Below are positions 49,282 through 62,635 of a stretch of DNA of 64,000 bases, piece after piece (the first letter of the stretch is position 1; each line of letters opens with the position of its first letter). The translations under genes were made by a program, and so were the position numbers. The notes beneath the pieces were generated by a model that was not told the origin of the DNA, did not search any database, and worked only from the letters and a program-made list of their open reading frames with translations. Source of the DNA: the human T2T-CHM13v2.0 reference genome, Homo sapiens; assembly GCF_009914755.1 (NCBI RefSeq), contig NC_060925.1. One strand, written 5' to 3'.

Positions 49282-50920
49282 CTGGAAAAAAAAAGAAGTC
49301 AAAGAGCAATCTCAAAAGTATTCTGAGCTTAAAAACATCTTACATGAAAGTGGGATAATGGAGCCTCATGTTCTATTTCTGCATTCTCTCCCAAGGGAGA
49401 CGTTTGTTTTCATGGTTTTAGAGGTCAGCTTTAGACCACTGAAAATTTTTGTATCTGTTTTCTTATTCTAATTTCTCTCACTATACTTTCACATTCTTAA
49501 TTTCATGAAGATTTTTCTATCCAAATGCTTTATTTTTAACTCAACTACCACATGTCTAACATTAAATTATCTTCATCTCTCCTAAGTCAATCTCTCTGCC
49601 CAGTTTCTCCATCTTAAGATTGCTAATGTGTCCTGTATCCATTTTGGGTAAAGAGAATATAATGGTTCCATGTGCCGTCCCTGTGAATTCACGCTATTCT
49701 CATGAGACACTGGGAGGAAGAAAGATCTACTTATCTTTTTTAAAAATAAACATAATAGTGCTATTGTTGTCCTTTCATGCAAATAACTGGGTTGAACCCA
49801 GCAGACCTGAACTGAAAGGAAAGTATTTAGTCTTTCCTCTAAATCATCTTCATGTTTAAAATTAGCCCGAGAACTAATCATCAAGGCTCAAAATCAGAGA
49901 GAAAACTTTTATTGTTTTCTCTCCTTTACCCACTTTATCAAATCCTTTTGAACTAGGAGCAACACTTTGACAAACAGTGAATGAGAATTATCACCCCCAG
50001 TAAACAAGACATGTAGCTCAATAAGATTATAATGAACAATTATTGAGCACTTGCAATGGGCCACATATTTTTAGTGCATCATGTGTACTAACATATTTAA
50101 TCCTCACAATAATCTTACAAGGTAGGTACACTCATTATTCTCATTTTATGGAGAAGGAAAACAGCCTGGAGAACCTCAAGAACTAGAGCTTGGTTTAGTA
50201 GTAGAAATGTGGCTGAATACTAAAGACAGACTTCTTGGAGAGTTAGAGAGACTTATGGGCTTGGAAAAAGTTATACCGGGGTAATGAACAGTGGGGACCG
50301 AGCTGAAGCCCTAGGGTTCTAAGTAGAATATTCGCACTAAGGTTCTAAATAGAGTAACACCAGATGTTAACATTAATGTGTAAGGGAAACTTATAAGGAT
50401 GATTGTGGAATAAGCCTGCTTGTTGTTGAACCTGTGAGGAATTTGTGGGGCAGAAATTGAAAGAAAAATAGTCGGGTTCCAAAGGAAAGAATCATGGTGG
50501 ACACAATCAGATGTTTACAGAGTTGACCAAAGATACAGACAGTCTCAATGAATTCATAAAATGCAGCCCACAAGATCCAAAGGGGCCTCCAGCCTGATAG
50601 CTGGCAAGAAGTTGCCTTCTGGATTTGAAAAGATTCTTTTTCTCCTTAGGCCTTTCACACATCAAGTTAGCCCAAGGAATCTCACTGAACTGACTTTGCA
50701 AACACCTTGGTTATAGGTTCTATCCCCTAAATTAAATGTTTTAATTTTGCCAGATACCAACTTCAACAGTCTTATGCTCTGATTAAAAAAAAAAGTTAGG
50801 AGGCAGGCAGAGAGTTCTGAATTTGTATAAAGCATGACATTTTGAATCATTGCTGATGCTGGAGGAAGGAGCAGCTCCACTCTGAGTGACTTATGGTCAC
50901 TGAGAACCCTCTGTGCAGGA

Positions 50921-50955
<35 letters not shown>

Positions 50956-50974
50956 TATGTGTGTATGTGTGTGT
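50921..50974. repeat. (TG)n microsatellite
   Basis: TG run with TA interruptions. Confidence 0.95.
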
Positions 50975-52916
50975 TTGAGACAGATTGATTCATTCAAGGT
51001 TTATGATATCGACACTAGGAACCACTGGAGAAATCACTCTAATACTAGGATAAGAAGCAAAGCCAGTAGCCTGAACTTTGTGTTTCGTCAGCCTATGGAA
51101 CTGATCCAGCAAACCATTATAGTAGCACTTACTATTTTGACTAGTTCCTCTTTCTTCTTCTATCATAGATACTTTGGGAACTTCCAATACAACAACTGAT
51201 TTGAGAAGAAACACCCCCACCATTTATATCATTTTAAAAGATAATATTTCTTTCCAATTTCACTTGAGATTAAAAAAATAAAACCAACAGACAAAGTAGT
51301 ACCTCTGAACTGGAAAATAAAAGACAAAACTGCACCAGTAATGCCTGGTGAGTCAGCCTCCTCTCCCTCGCGCCCGACGCCGGTTGCTCTGCTGCCCACC
51401 AACTCACAGAAACTAACGATGACTGGGTGCAGCACCAAGGCTTCAGGACATGACAACGCCGGCCCTCTCTATCTTTTCTAGGGTCTCTAGAGGATGAAAG
51501 CAATCTGCTACCTTTGTCCTATGACAAGCTTCTGCCAGTCCATCTAGATCTGAGAGACAAGTTGGCCATGGTCCTGAAAGATATTTCATAAACTCTAATT
51601 TTTTTCCTCATCTTTGGATACAAATATGAATCATAGACCTTTTTAACCTTAAGGGAACTATAGTATAGTGCTTATTTCACCCAACCCACTAATTTTATTT
51701 TGAGGACACTGAGACACAGACAGGAGTATCCAGAGTCATAGAAAAAGTCAGTGGCAGAGCTGGATAAGATGGGAACTGCAGATTTTGTGGTTTGTGCTTT
51801 AGCCTCTGGAGATGCGGTCCCCATAAAGAAGGCAGTAGTGATGTCAAAGCCCTTTTGACTCAAACCTTTTGAGTCAAAAGCCCTCTGAGCAGCCAACCCA
51901 TCCTTCATCATCCTCCATCCAACACATGCTCATTCCTGGCCCCAGGCTCCACTCCATACTCTCCTTCCTGCTGCACCCTAAGCTGTCCACCATGCCTGCC
52001 TAGCCTTGATGCCCAGGCCAATCTTCCTTTCTTTGTGTCACCTTTCCTGACCATCCCAGCTCTTGTTCTTCCCTGTCCCTTGGACTCCTGCAGCACCTGT
52101 GGTTTATGTCATGTATCTTAGAACCTGAGTTTTGGCAACATCATCTTTACCATGCAGACCATTTTCAGTGATGGTATTTGGAGCCAGATAGATAAGTTCA
52201 AATTCTGGGTCTACCACTTGATAGCTCTGTGACTACAGATAAGCTATTCATACCCTCTGTGGCTTCAACTTCCTCATCTGTAAAATGAGCATAACAATAA
52301 GTTCACAGTGTTGTTCTGAGAAACCCATATAGTAATGTATGGAAAGTGCCTAGAGCAATATCTGGAATCCATCATGTGGTCAGTAAGTGTCAATTACTTC
52401 TGCTAGCCTCAATTCTCCAAATAGTTGCTAGGTTCTAGGAGGCCAGAGACCATCTCTTACACTACTTTAACAGCTCTCTTAGTACTCAGTACATAATAGA
52501 GTCTCAGTAAATTCTTGTTGATTGATTGGAAAGACAAGAAAATGAGTTTGATCTTAAGTCCAAAGGAGTCTCTTCACCAGTGTCCAGAGATGCTTCAGTC
52601 CCATCTGTTCTTTACTTATGGCTTAGTTTCCCTACCTGTATAGTAGGCCCAAGTATTTTTATACTTGGTGCTCATCCATTTGTTGCTATTCTTTAATTAT
52701 ATTTACATGGAAATCAAATGTCAGAGACCCCATGCTCTTAGAAATTTGGATAAGTATGAAAAAAGTGCTACTATTACAGTTTGTTCAGGTCAAGCTGCAC
52801 ATGATTTCTGTAATTTCTGGGAGTAATTTCCTCATGGTTCTCTAAGTCTTTGCTCCTATAACTCTGCTTGCTCTACTCTGTGCTTCCTTGGGTGCAAGGT
52901 TTAGTCACTTCATCAG

Positions 52917-53271
52917 TGATATGGTTTGGCCACGCCCCCACCCAAATCTCACCTTGAATTGTAATAATCCCCATGTGTCAAGGGTGGGGCCAGGTGGAGA
53001 TAATTGAATCATGGGGTGGTTTCCCCCATGTTGTTCTCATGGGAGTGAATAAGTCTCACAAGATCTGATGGTTTTATAAATGGGAGCTCCCCTGCACAAA
53101 CTCTCTTGCCTGCTGCCACGTAAGACATGATTTTGCTCCTCATTCGCCTTCAACCATGATTGTGAGGCCTCTCCAGCCATGTGGAACTATGAGCCAATTA
53201 AACCTCTTTCCTTTGTAAATCACCCAGTCTCAGGTATGTCTTTATTGGCAGGATGAGAGCGGACTAATACA
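52917..53271 (+). mobile_element. THE1 (B/C-like) MaLR solo LTR
   Basis: TGATATGGTTTGG...GGACTAATACA, 355 bp, perfect 5-bp TSD ATCAG. Confidence 0.93.
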
Positions 53272-55789
53272 ATCAGTTTCCACAAACAAACCAAAAAAAC
53301 TTTTTTTTAAAAACTTACACCAATAATTTTGTGGGTTTAAGTTCTCTGCTGAAGATTGAAGGGTCCCAGGGAGCAAATTCCATTGTGAACCAGGCAGCTT
53401 TCACCACCTAGCAGGTTCAGACTCTCTCTTTCTCTTCCCATTTCTGCACAAGTATCATCTTCCTCCATTCTCATACAGAACCATCCAACCCACACCCAGA
53501 TTCCTGGGGGGTCTCCACCTGCCTTCTAGCATTTATTAAGGTACTATCATAAACAAATACAATTCCTTTTCAAAGAGGAATTCTAGTAGCAGTTCCTTGA
53601 TTATAATATGTTTCTTTAAATATTATATTTTTCTAGCTAGTAAGATGTAGAAGTCCCACTTTGATTGCAAATTCCATGAAGGTAGGCCCTGTACCTTATT
53701 CTTTATTTGTATCCTCCATTCCACCGGAAACAATATAGGGCAGGAGGGCACTCAATATGCACTCGATGAACTAAGTTAAATTAAATGAGAGTCCACAAAA
53801 ATGGATCTAGAAAAAGACTGTCACGTAGCTTTCTGTTTAAAAATTACCAGAAGGAATGCAGGGTCACCTGCTGAATGGCCCAAGGCAGGAATCAAAGGGA
53901 AGGAGAAGTGACCCACTTGGCTTATACTTTACAATAACAAGATGGAGCCAGGAGGCAAGTGTGTGTCTGTGCCATCGGCGCTTCACCTGTGCTCCCATTT
54001 TCAAACCACCATTTCCTGTGGCAGAAGCTCCAGCTCTTCTTCTCTTTGCTCAGTCATGTAGTGAGGCCTCTCTGGATGGTGATGCTGAGAAATCAAAGTT
54101 GTCTTGGGGTCTAGAAGCTCCTGACTCCTTCATTCACAAAGAAATGCTACCTGAACATTTCTGAACCAGAGGTTTGGAACTCCCCCTACTCCCGAGGCTC
54201 TTAGAGGCGGCCGAGCAGGCTGGTCAATAACTCACATGCCATTTGGGAAGAGTGCTTTGCTCGAGTCTCCACCCTGGGCCCTCTCCACCTATTGTCTGTG
54301 GTTTAAACGTGATAACTTGGCGGACAGTCACACATCCAAGGAAAAAGCCAGAGGGCGTTTTTTTTCTTGTCTCTGAAAGTGTTGTCACAGAAACACAGAA
54401 GCGTGTCTCTCTCTCTCTCTCTCTCTTCTCAAGTCCCAAAATCTTATTATTAATATTTTTTTTAGGGAAGATGAAAAAGAAAACTAAAAAGAATCTGAGA
54501 AACAAATGCAGTTCACCTAGGAGATACTGCGACGTTAGCGTAACGGTGGGAGCGTGCCGGATCTCCTTCCTGCCTTTCATGTGGTTCTGTCAGCAAAGGC
54601 TGCCATCTTCAAGAGATACATTCTTGTTCGTGGCAGTTTCCATTCAGAACTGGGGGTGGGGAAGGATCCTCATGAACCATATACTAATTTAAGTTCTGGG
54701 ACCATCCAAGTAAACATTTTTACGGAGTTCACAGCTTCCAGAAAAATCACTTACAACCTGCCTATCCCACCCAGCATTGCAGAGGCTACTAGCTCCAGTG
54801 AGATTGCGCTCATGCTTTCGTGGTAATACGAGTCTTTTCTGGGCATGTAGCTGCTCAGCTAGGAGCTATGTGTCTCAGCTTCCCTTATAGCGGGTGTGGC
54901 CCATGACCAGGCTCTGGGCTGTGCAAAGTTTCCAGGTTTTTCCTTTCCACCATTGTTTTTACGCTCGCTAAATTGGGAAGACCCTAGAGAGAGACCTGTC
55001 TTAGTGCCTGGAACATCTAAGTGACTCTGAAACAATGGGAACTCCCTATTTGAAGAAATGACCTTGTTAGAAAGGGGAAGCCTCCGGAGCTCACTGGCAG
55101 GCGTCAGCCTTTTCTTTCACTGAGCTAACTCAGAGGTGCTGAGCCAGCGGTTTGCTGATCTGCTGAAAAAGATCCTCTCTTCAAGATGAGCTTCCAGGGG
55201 CATTCCTTTCTAGATTCCTTCATTCTAGCACAGCCATATCTATTTCAGAATACAGTCATCGAGGATGGCAGCAAGTCACACACTGTCCACAGCTGACCCA
55301 CATCCACTGGCTTCACATGACCTAGCCAGAGTACTTCATAGCACCCTAAGAATTGGACTTTGCAATAAAGATGCTTCATTATGATAGACATTAACACACT
55401 GAAATGGCAATTGGAACAAGGATGAATACATGACCTGAACAAATGTCACCTAAAGAAAAAGATTTCAAGGAACATATAAGTTTTTGCACAGTTTCGCTTA
55501 AGTGAGTCCTGTCAAGATTCAGTGCTCACATCACATTGCATTCCGTCTCATCACACCATTAACCGCTGTGAGGTTTTCATTAATGAAAATGAAAAATGTC
55601 TTAAAATCACTGTCCTGATGACAGATGGCAAATCAACCTCTAATAAACCCTCGGACCCCACCCTTTCATCCCAAGGCTGGGGTTTTCCTTTGTATGCCCT
55701 AGGAAAAATGTCTTTGTTAACTGACAGTTGCTGCTTTGGCTCGGGTCCCATCATTTTGATGGATGACTGCAATAATGGCCCCCAGGAAC

Positions 55790-56250
55790 TGGTTTCTCTT
55801 TCTTCCCCACTTCCCTGCCCCAGTCTGTTCTCTATACTACTGGAGTTCCTCTTTGAAAAGCAAGACTGATGGTGTCACTCCTCTATCTAAAACTCTTTAT
55901 TAGTTCCTATCACCTACAAGATAATACAGAGCAAGACCCAGCTGTATCTGCTCCTCCCTCTGCCTGGAATGTCTTTCATCAGCTTGGGTAATTTCTACTT
56001 ATTTTTAAAACCCAGTTTATGTCACATTCTCTGGGATGCTCTCTCTAATCCCCCGAGACAGTGTTAATAATTCCCTCCTGTTTGTTGCCTTGCATATATT
56101 TCCATTTTACATCCGTCACACTGTCTAATCTCGGATCATTGTTTACTTATACAGCTGTCTTCTGCCTTAAGGCAAGGATCATGTCTTTTTTATCTTTGTG
56201 TACTGGCCCCTAGCACAATGTAGAGTGTAAATGTTTTGTCAAACTAAGTG
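55790..56250. mobile_element. L2 fragment
   Basis: ccctctgcctggaatgtc; ggcaaggatcatgtc...ccctagcacaatg. Confidence 0.65.
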
Positions 56251-56454
56251 CAGTGTTTTAAGAACTGGTAGTATTCGTTATTCATGCGCAAACACAAATC
56301 AAGGTACTGATACAATTCTGTTTTCAGTATTTAGGCAATCTGGTATACTGCGCAGGGCAGGCCACAAACCAGCTGTGTGATCTGGTTCTGAGGCAGGGAA
56401 GGTCTGGTCCCCTATCCCTGCAGGCTGGCAGGGTGGGGAGGAGGCATCTCTACT

Positions 56455-57293
56455 TTTATTACATGTTGAATTGTGTTTTCCCAAATTCATATGTTGATTT
56501 CCTTATTTGGACATAGCGTCTTCACAGAGTTAATTGAGTAAAACTGAGGTCATTAGGGAGATGTTTTGGGCTGAATTTTGTCTCCCCTCCCCCAAATTTC
56601 TATGTTGAAGCTCTAACCCCAAGGACCTCAGAATATGACCGTATTTGGAGGCAAGGTCTTTAAAGGTTATTAAGTTAAAATGAGGTCATTAGGGTGGCCC
56701 CTAATCTAACCTAACTGGTGTCCTTATAAGAAGAGGAAATCTGGACACACAAAGAGACACCAGGAAAGAGAAAGAGAGAGAGAGAGAGATCAGGGTGTGA
56801 GTACACGAAGGAAAGACCAGGTGAGAACACAGTGAGAAGGTAGCCATATGCAAGCTAAGGCGAGAGGCCTCAGAAGACACCAAACCTGCCAACACCTTGA
56901 CCTCAAACTTCTAGCCTCCAGAACCAGGAGAAAAATAAATTTCTGTTATTTAAACCACCCAATCTGTTGTACTTTATTATGGCAGCCCTAGCAAACTGAG
57001 ACAGGTGGGCCCTAATCCAATATGACTGTTGTCCTTATGAGAAGAGGAAATTTGGACACAGAAATACACATAGAGAGAAGATGATATGAAGAGACAAGGA
57101 GAAGACAGCCATTTACAAGCCAGGGAGAGGCGCCTGGGAGAGATCCTTCTCTGACAGCCCTCAGAGAAGAACAATCCTGCTGACACCTTGACTTTAGACT
57201 TCTAGCCTCCAGAACTGAGAGCCAATACATTTTGATTGTTTAAGCCACTCAGTGTGTGGTCCTTTGTTACAGCAGCCTTAGCAAACTCATACA
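56455..57293 (+). mobile_element. Nested MLT1 LTRs: an MLT1A/B copy (56562-57003) inside another MLT1B/C copy
   Basis: The outer LTR breaks at gaggtcattagggaga and resumes at ggtgggccctaatcc after a complete inner LTR. Confidence 0.85.
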
Positions 57294-57959
57294 CAGTGGC
57301 AAGCCTCTATTGGCAGTTCTTATTGACACACACACACACTGAATCAAGGACTGTCTACTCTGGGAGGGACTTCATTTGTTCGCCCTTTTCATTTTACTGG
57401 GGATGAAACAGAGACCCAAGAGAGGGGAACGGCTGGACAGTTCTCTTACAAACTGAGCCGAGATCCTGACAGGGCCCTTCCTGTGGTGCCAGGTTTCTAC
57501 TGCTTCCTGTCCCTCCACTCCTCACAAGAACCAGCTTCCTACTCAGTAAATCTGGTTCCCACTGGTGCATTCTTGGTCCTCAGAGTGGCTTAGATGGGTA
57601 AGTCCATCTTCACATGTTTTCTTAGAACGTCCTGAGCTGAGTGCCCTTAGTATAAGCTTTATGGCCCACCAACACTTTGGTATGCCCTAATTAAATTCTT
57701 TTTAAACTACATTGAGGAGCATGAAGAAAGTTCTGCCCCTTTTTTGGGTTAGGCCAGGGTAAAATATTCAGTGCCCTGTTTTTGTACTCTAATAGGGCAG
57801 CTATACCCAGAGAGGGCTGTGCTGAGGTAAGGGCTACTGCTTCCTCATTTACAATTAAAAAATACATTATATTTTTGTAGCTTTTATAATAAAAATTACA
57901 TTTTTATTATGGTTTATAAGGCATTTTAAGTGCTTTATCTCTTTCACTAATGCCTATGA

Positions 57960-58240
57960 GGCTTCCAGAATCAGAAAGCCTAGCTCCATCACTTGCTCTG
58001 TGTGTGACCTTACTTAACCATGTTATAGCTTTGTTTCCTCATCTGTGAAGTGGGGATACTATCAATATTATTTTGTTGCTGTGAGGATTAACTGAGATGC
58101 CACATAACTGGCACATAGTAAACCATGATGACCCGCCAGTTGCTGTTATTTAGAGATGAAGAATCTAAATCTCAGAGGGATTGAGGCACTTGCCCTTGTA
58201 AGTAGAAAGGGCAGCATTGGCTCTAGGACTTCCGGGGTCA
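57960..58240. mobile_element. MIR fragments
   Basis: tttcctcatctgtgaagtggggata...gtgaggattaa core. Confidence 0.65.
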
Positions 58241-59716
58241 CATTCTGTAAGCTACCCACTATGCTGCACAGCTTGCTTGTCCTGCCAGCACCTTCTAAAT
58301 GACTGTGGGTGGGGAGAGCGCTCTGAACTGGGGGGTAGCCTCTGAATGTGGTTTGTATGCAAGGTGGGCAAGCAGCCAGACATATCCAGTAAGTGAGAGG
58401 ACGGGGGACTCTGGCTATGAAATGTCTGGGGAGGAAACATGCAGGGGGTTAGACTCATTCAAGAACTTCCAGGGGCACACTGGAGGCCAGGTGGGATTTT
58501 CCCAGCAGTCCATCTGGGAATACTCCAGGGGAGTCTCTGTGACAGGCAGTGCTATGTGGAAGGGCATTACTTGGCTGAGTTCCCCTGTCCCTCAACCATG
58601 ACCACCTGGGAAAGCCCTCCACATGGACACCATGGCTACTGTAGGCAGAAGACCCATTGGAACGATTCCTATGTCCCCCCAGTGGATGCAGAGAGGAGAA
58701 TGTCAGGGTGTAAGCAATGCCTTGCAGAGCAACACCCTGGTCCTACAGTCCCTGAACCTGCCTGAGGCAGGGACACAAGATCTGTTAGTGAAAAGGGCCT
58801 GTGTTCTGTCCTGTATCCAAGTGGTTAAATGGGCTTACTTAGTAAGTTCTGTCTTCCTTTTGCTGACAGAATAATGATGCTTTTCTTTCTAGAGGAAGAA
58901 CAGTCAGAAGATGTAGGTTTAGGGGTTAACTCCACTATCTACATGCCAAAGAAACTTGAAGAGGGTACTTAAATGGTATGAACGTCAATTTCCTCATCTG
59001 TAAAATGAAAGTATAACACCTATCTGGCAAGGTTATTGTGAGGATCAAAAGAGATTACACAGTTGAGAGTGCTTTGCTAATGATGAAGCGCTGTGCAATT
59101 TATTATTTTTCCTCAAACTTCACAGTCCAGGTCTTAGTCTCTCGTTCTGACTCCCCTGGCCCTGCTATGGGATTCACAGTCCATTCCATAAAACGAGGAC
59201 CTTCACTATATCCTGTGTTTCATTATTAAGCAATGTTTTACGTCTTATCTTTACAATGAATTGTTAGAGAGGAGAGATCACATATCATATTTATTCACAA
59301 TTTCTTACCAGGTAGGTGATCAGTAAATACTAATTGACGGTGTAGAACTGCCCCAGCATTAGTGGAGCATAGACTTGGGAGCCAGGCCCTCCCACCTGCA
59401 ATCCCTCACCCAGCCAACCTTGCAGGTTGGAGTCAAGGCAAGAGGCAGAGAAGGCTACACCTTGGAGACTTAGGCTCTGGGTCTGGCTCTATCACCTCCT
59501 GTTGGTTTCGTCAACTGTGAACTGAGCATAAAAATGCCACCCTGGTCAATATGAGAGTGAGCTCACTAAATGCACATGGTAAACTTTTGCAAACTATAAA
59601 GAAAATGTAAAGTATTGTTACTAAGGTGAATGCCATGGCTGGGGAGCAATTGGACCATGTGAAGACTGAGCCCATGCTCATTAAGGTGGCACACAGGCTG
59701 CCACCAGTGTACTCAC

Positions 59717-60001
59717 CTGAGGGGTCTGTCCTGCATCCGGGCCACGGGCTGAAGGTCTGGGAATTGTTGCTGATAGGGTTGCTCACAGTGCAGATGTAGA
59801 TATTGTCAGCATGCTGGGGGCCGAGGGTGAGGGACAGGAGGTGGGAGCTGTTGGCTGGGTTCAGTGGGTGGGTGCCCGCCTTTTCACTCCAGCTGTAAGC
59901 CACATGGTCCCCCTTCTCCACTGTGCAGCCCAGTATCAAGGTGCAGGTCCCGTTCTCCTGGGTCTTGTTTAAAACTTTAATTTCTGGAGTGGAGACCTGC
60001 T
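59717..60001 (-). CDS. SLAMF1: SLAMF1 exon 3, IgC2 domain
   Basis: 285 nt, GACAG|AGCAG acceptor and TCAG|GTGAGT donor. Encodes [12 protein letters not shown]...[10 protein letters not shown]. Confidence 0.98.
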
Positions 60002-60428
60002 CTGTCAGGAGTGGGAGGAAGGGAGCCATCACTGAAGTGAACCCCTGGGAATTCTCACTTGACCTTTTTGTTAGAACAAAGTACAGCCTAATGGCATTTT
60101 CCCTCCCCCTCAATGTGATTTATTTCTAGTGGGGAATCTATTGCTTCACACTGTCCATCATGCCCCACTACATCCTTTCTAAGACCACCTTGGGATAAAA
60201 TAGAAAATAAGAATTTGCTTTTTAGGCCTCTTCTACCAATATTGTTAGGGCTCCACTCGCCCTTCCTGATGTCCTTGACCTAAGTTGCTATTCTCCTGTC
60301 TCCTATCAGTGGAGTTTGCTGTCAACTAATCCACCATGGTTTTTAGTTGGCTTACGTTGTTACTTCCTAGACCTAAAAGAATGGCTTTTTAGTGGTGGGA
60401 TTTCATCTATCGTGATGTGTGTGGGAGG

Positions 60429-60473
60429 GTGTGTGTGTGTATGTGTGTGCGTGCGCGCGCGCGCATGTACACG
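60429..60473. repeat. (TG)n(CG)n alternating purine-pyrimidine tract
   Basis: gtgtgtgtgtgtatgtgtgtgcgtgcgcgcgcgcgcatgtacacg. Confidence 0.9.
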
Positions 60474-60640
60474 GGCGCATGGGTGAGTGAGTGGGTGGGT
60501 GTGTAGTAAGTGCTTTTGTGTGTCTGAGATAGTGATAGGTCCTCAATTATAACCATAGGCCTCATCAATCTATCCCACTCTAAGGCCATGAAATAGGCCA
60601 CATAAAAGGTAAATTCTTGCTTATTTAGCAACTATTATAG

Positions 60641-60974
<334 letters not shown>

Positions 60975-62296
60975 TCATCATCTTTTTTAATCTTCTCAAC
61001 AATTATAACTCTAGTTGTAATTATTCCCCATTTTATAGATGAGAAAGCCAAGTCCCAGGGAGGTGGAATATCTTACAACTCACAGCTTCTAAGTGGCCAA
61101 GTTAAGATCTGAACCTAGGTCTGTCTGACTTCAAAATCCAAACTCTTCCTTTGGCTTGAGAAAAATGCCATGGTTGCAGAGACCACATTTTCCAAAGTAA
61201 GAATTTGATCACAAGATGTGACAAAAACAGGAAACATAGGAACCAAAGGACAGAATGTCTGGCATCCACACCGTTTTGGAAAATGCATCATGTGCAGCCT
61301 CCACGCTCATGGCAATCGTGCCTGGAGCCACTGCTGGAAATGACTCTCAGGTACCTGGGGGAGGGCCATGGGAATTCCGCAGGCACTGTTTGAAGGAAAG
61401 GGAATGCGGGGTTGAGGGAGGATTGGTGAGAGTATTGCTGCCTTCCCTCTAGATATTTGAGAATTTCAAAGAAATGCTGGTTAGGTGGGAATTCCTGTCC
61501 CATCCCCAGAGATAAGGAAGTCATTTTGAAGAAGCAGGAAAGCCCCATGTGGCTATCAGGATCCCTGGGAATTCAGATGAGTCTCTGGGCCTAAGAGACA
61601 CAATCCCTGGGTGCACTCAAGAGGGACTGGTAGTTAAAAAGGCTCAAAAAAGCACTGGCCTTGGATTCAGGTGGACTTGGTTCCTAGTTTAAGTACAGCA
61701 ACTAAAAGACTTTATAACCAAAGCCTTTGTTTAAATGCCAAAAGGCACTTCTTCCACCAAGTAGGTATGATCTGGTGCCGGAATGCAGGGCTTAACAAGT
61801 GGTGTGTGGGCTGAATTTTAGCCATCTTTATCCAGAACCCCCAGTGCAGTGAAACACCTACACAAATGTGTGTAAATGTGCTAACCGCTTCTGGTTAGAT
61901 TTCACTGTCCTCATGTAGGAGAGACTGGGTTTGATCTGTGGTATTCAACTTCTTTTAATCAGAAAAAAATCCTATTTTCAAATAAAATATTACTTGCAAA
62001 CCAAGATCCTTGGGTCTATCGGCCCTCCAGCCCACAAGGAGCTGTGCCCCTTTCCTTTGGGAAATGGGAGTAAGAGTAACTAATGCTTAATCAGCTACCA
62101 TCAATATGCAATTTGGAAAAAAAAATGTCAACCTTTAAAACGTCTTCCATGCAGCAGGTTTAAATACCCCCAAACTAGAAGATCATTCTAGTTACTTCCA
62201 ATTCTGAATACCCTTTGCTTTTAAGAGAGACCTAAATTCTTGGTCAAAGGAGCACCTTGGCCCTTTAGTGTGGACTGGGGAAGCCGCCATTATTAC

Positions 62297-62635
62297 CATA
62301 AAGCCTCAACTGCAGGCAAAAGCGCTGAACTGAAACATTTTTCTCCAGGGTCATAAGGTACCATCCCTCATCCTCCTTCCTGCTTTCCCGTATCCCCAGG
62401 GTGAGATTCTCCAGATAAAACTTGTAGCGATCTCCTAGATAACGTGGAGGGCCTGCTTCGGATGGATCAAGAGACACTATTTTGTTCTCGACACTGTTCT
62501 CCAGTGATTTTGCCATTGTGACGACAATGTGGATGCTTTTGTTCATGCTCTTATTTATCCTTTCATATGTCAGGGGCAGCAGCACTTTGCTTCCCAACTG
62601 CCGGAGAATCTTTGGGCAGTTCATCATGCGCCCAC
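62297..62635 (-). CDS. SLAMF1: SLAMF1 (CD150) exon 2, IgV domain (measles virus H-binding domain)
   Basis: 339 nt, CACAG|GTGGGCGC acceptor and TAT G|GTAATA donor. Encodes [22 protein letters not shown]...RFCLQLRLY, matching SLAMF1. Confidence 0.98.

Noticed and set aside
62265-62296. Exon 2 read-through giving an IgV-only secreted form ([10 protein letters not shown])
   Set aside because: A short read-through is expected by chance and nothing else supports it.
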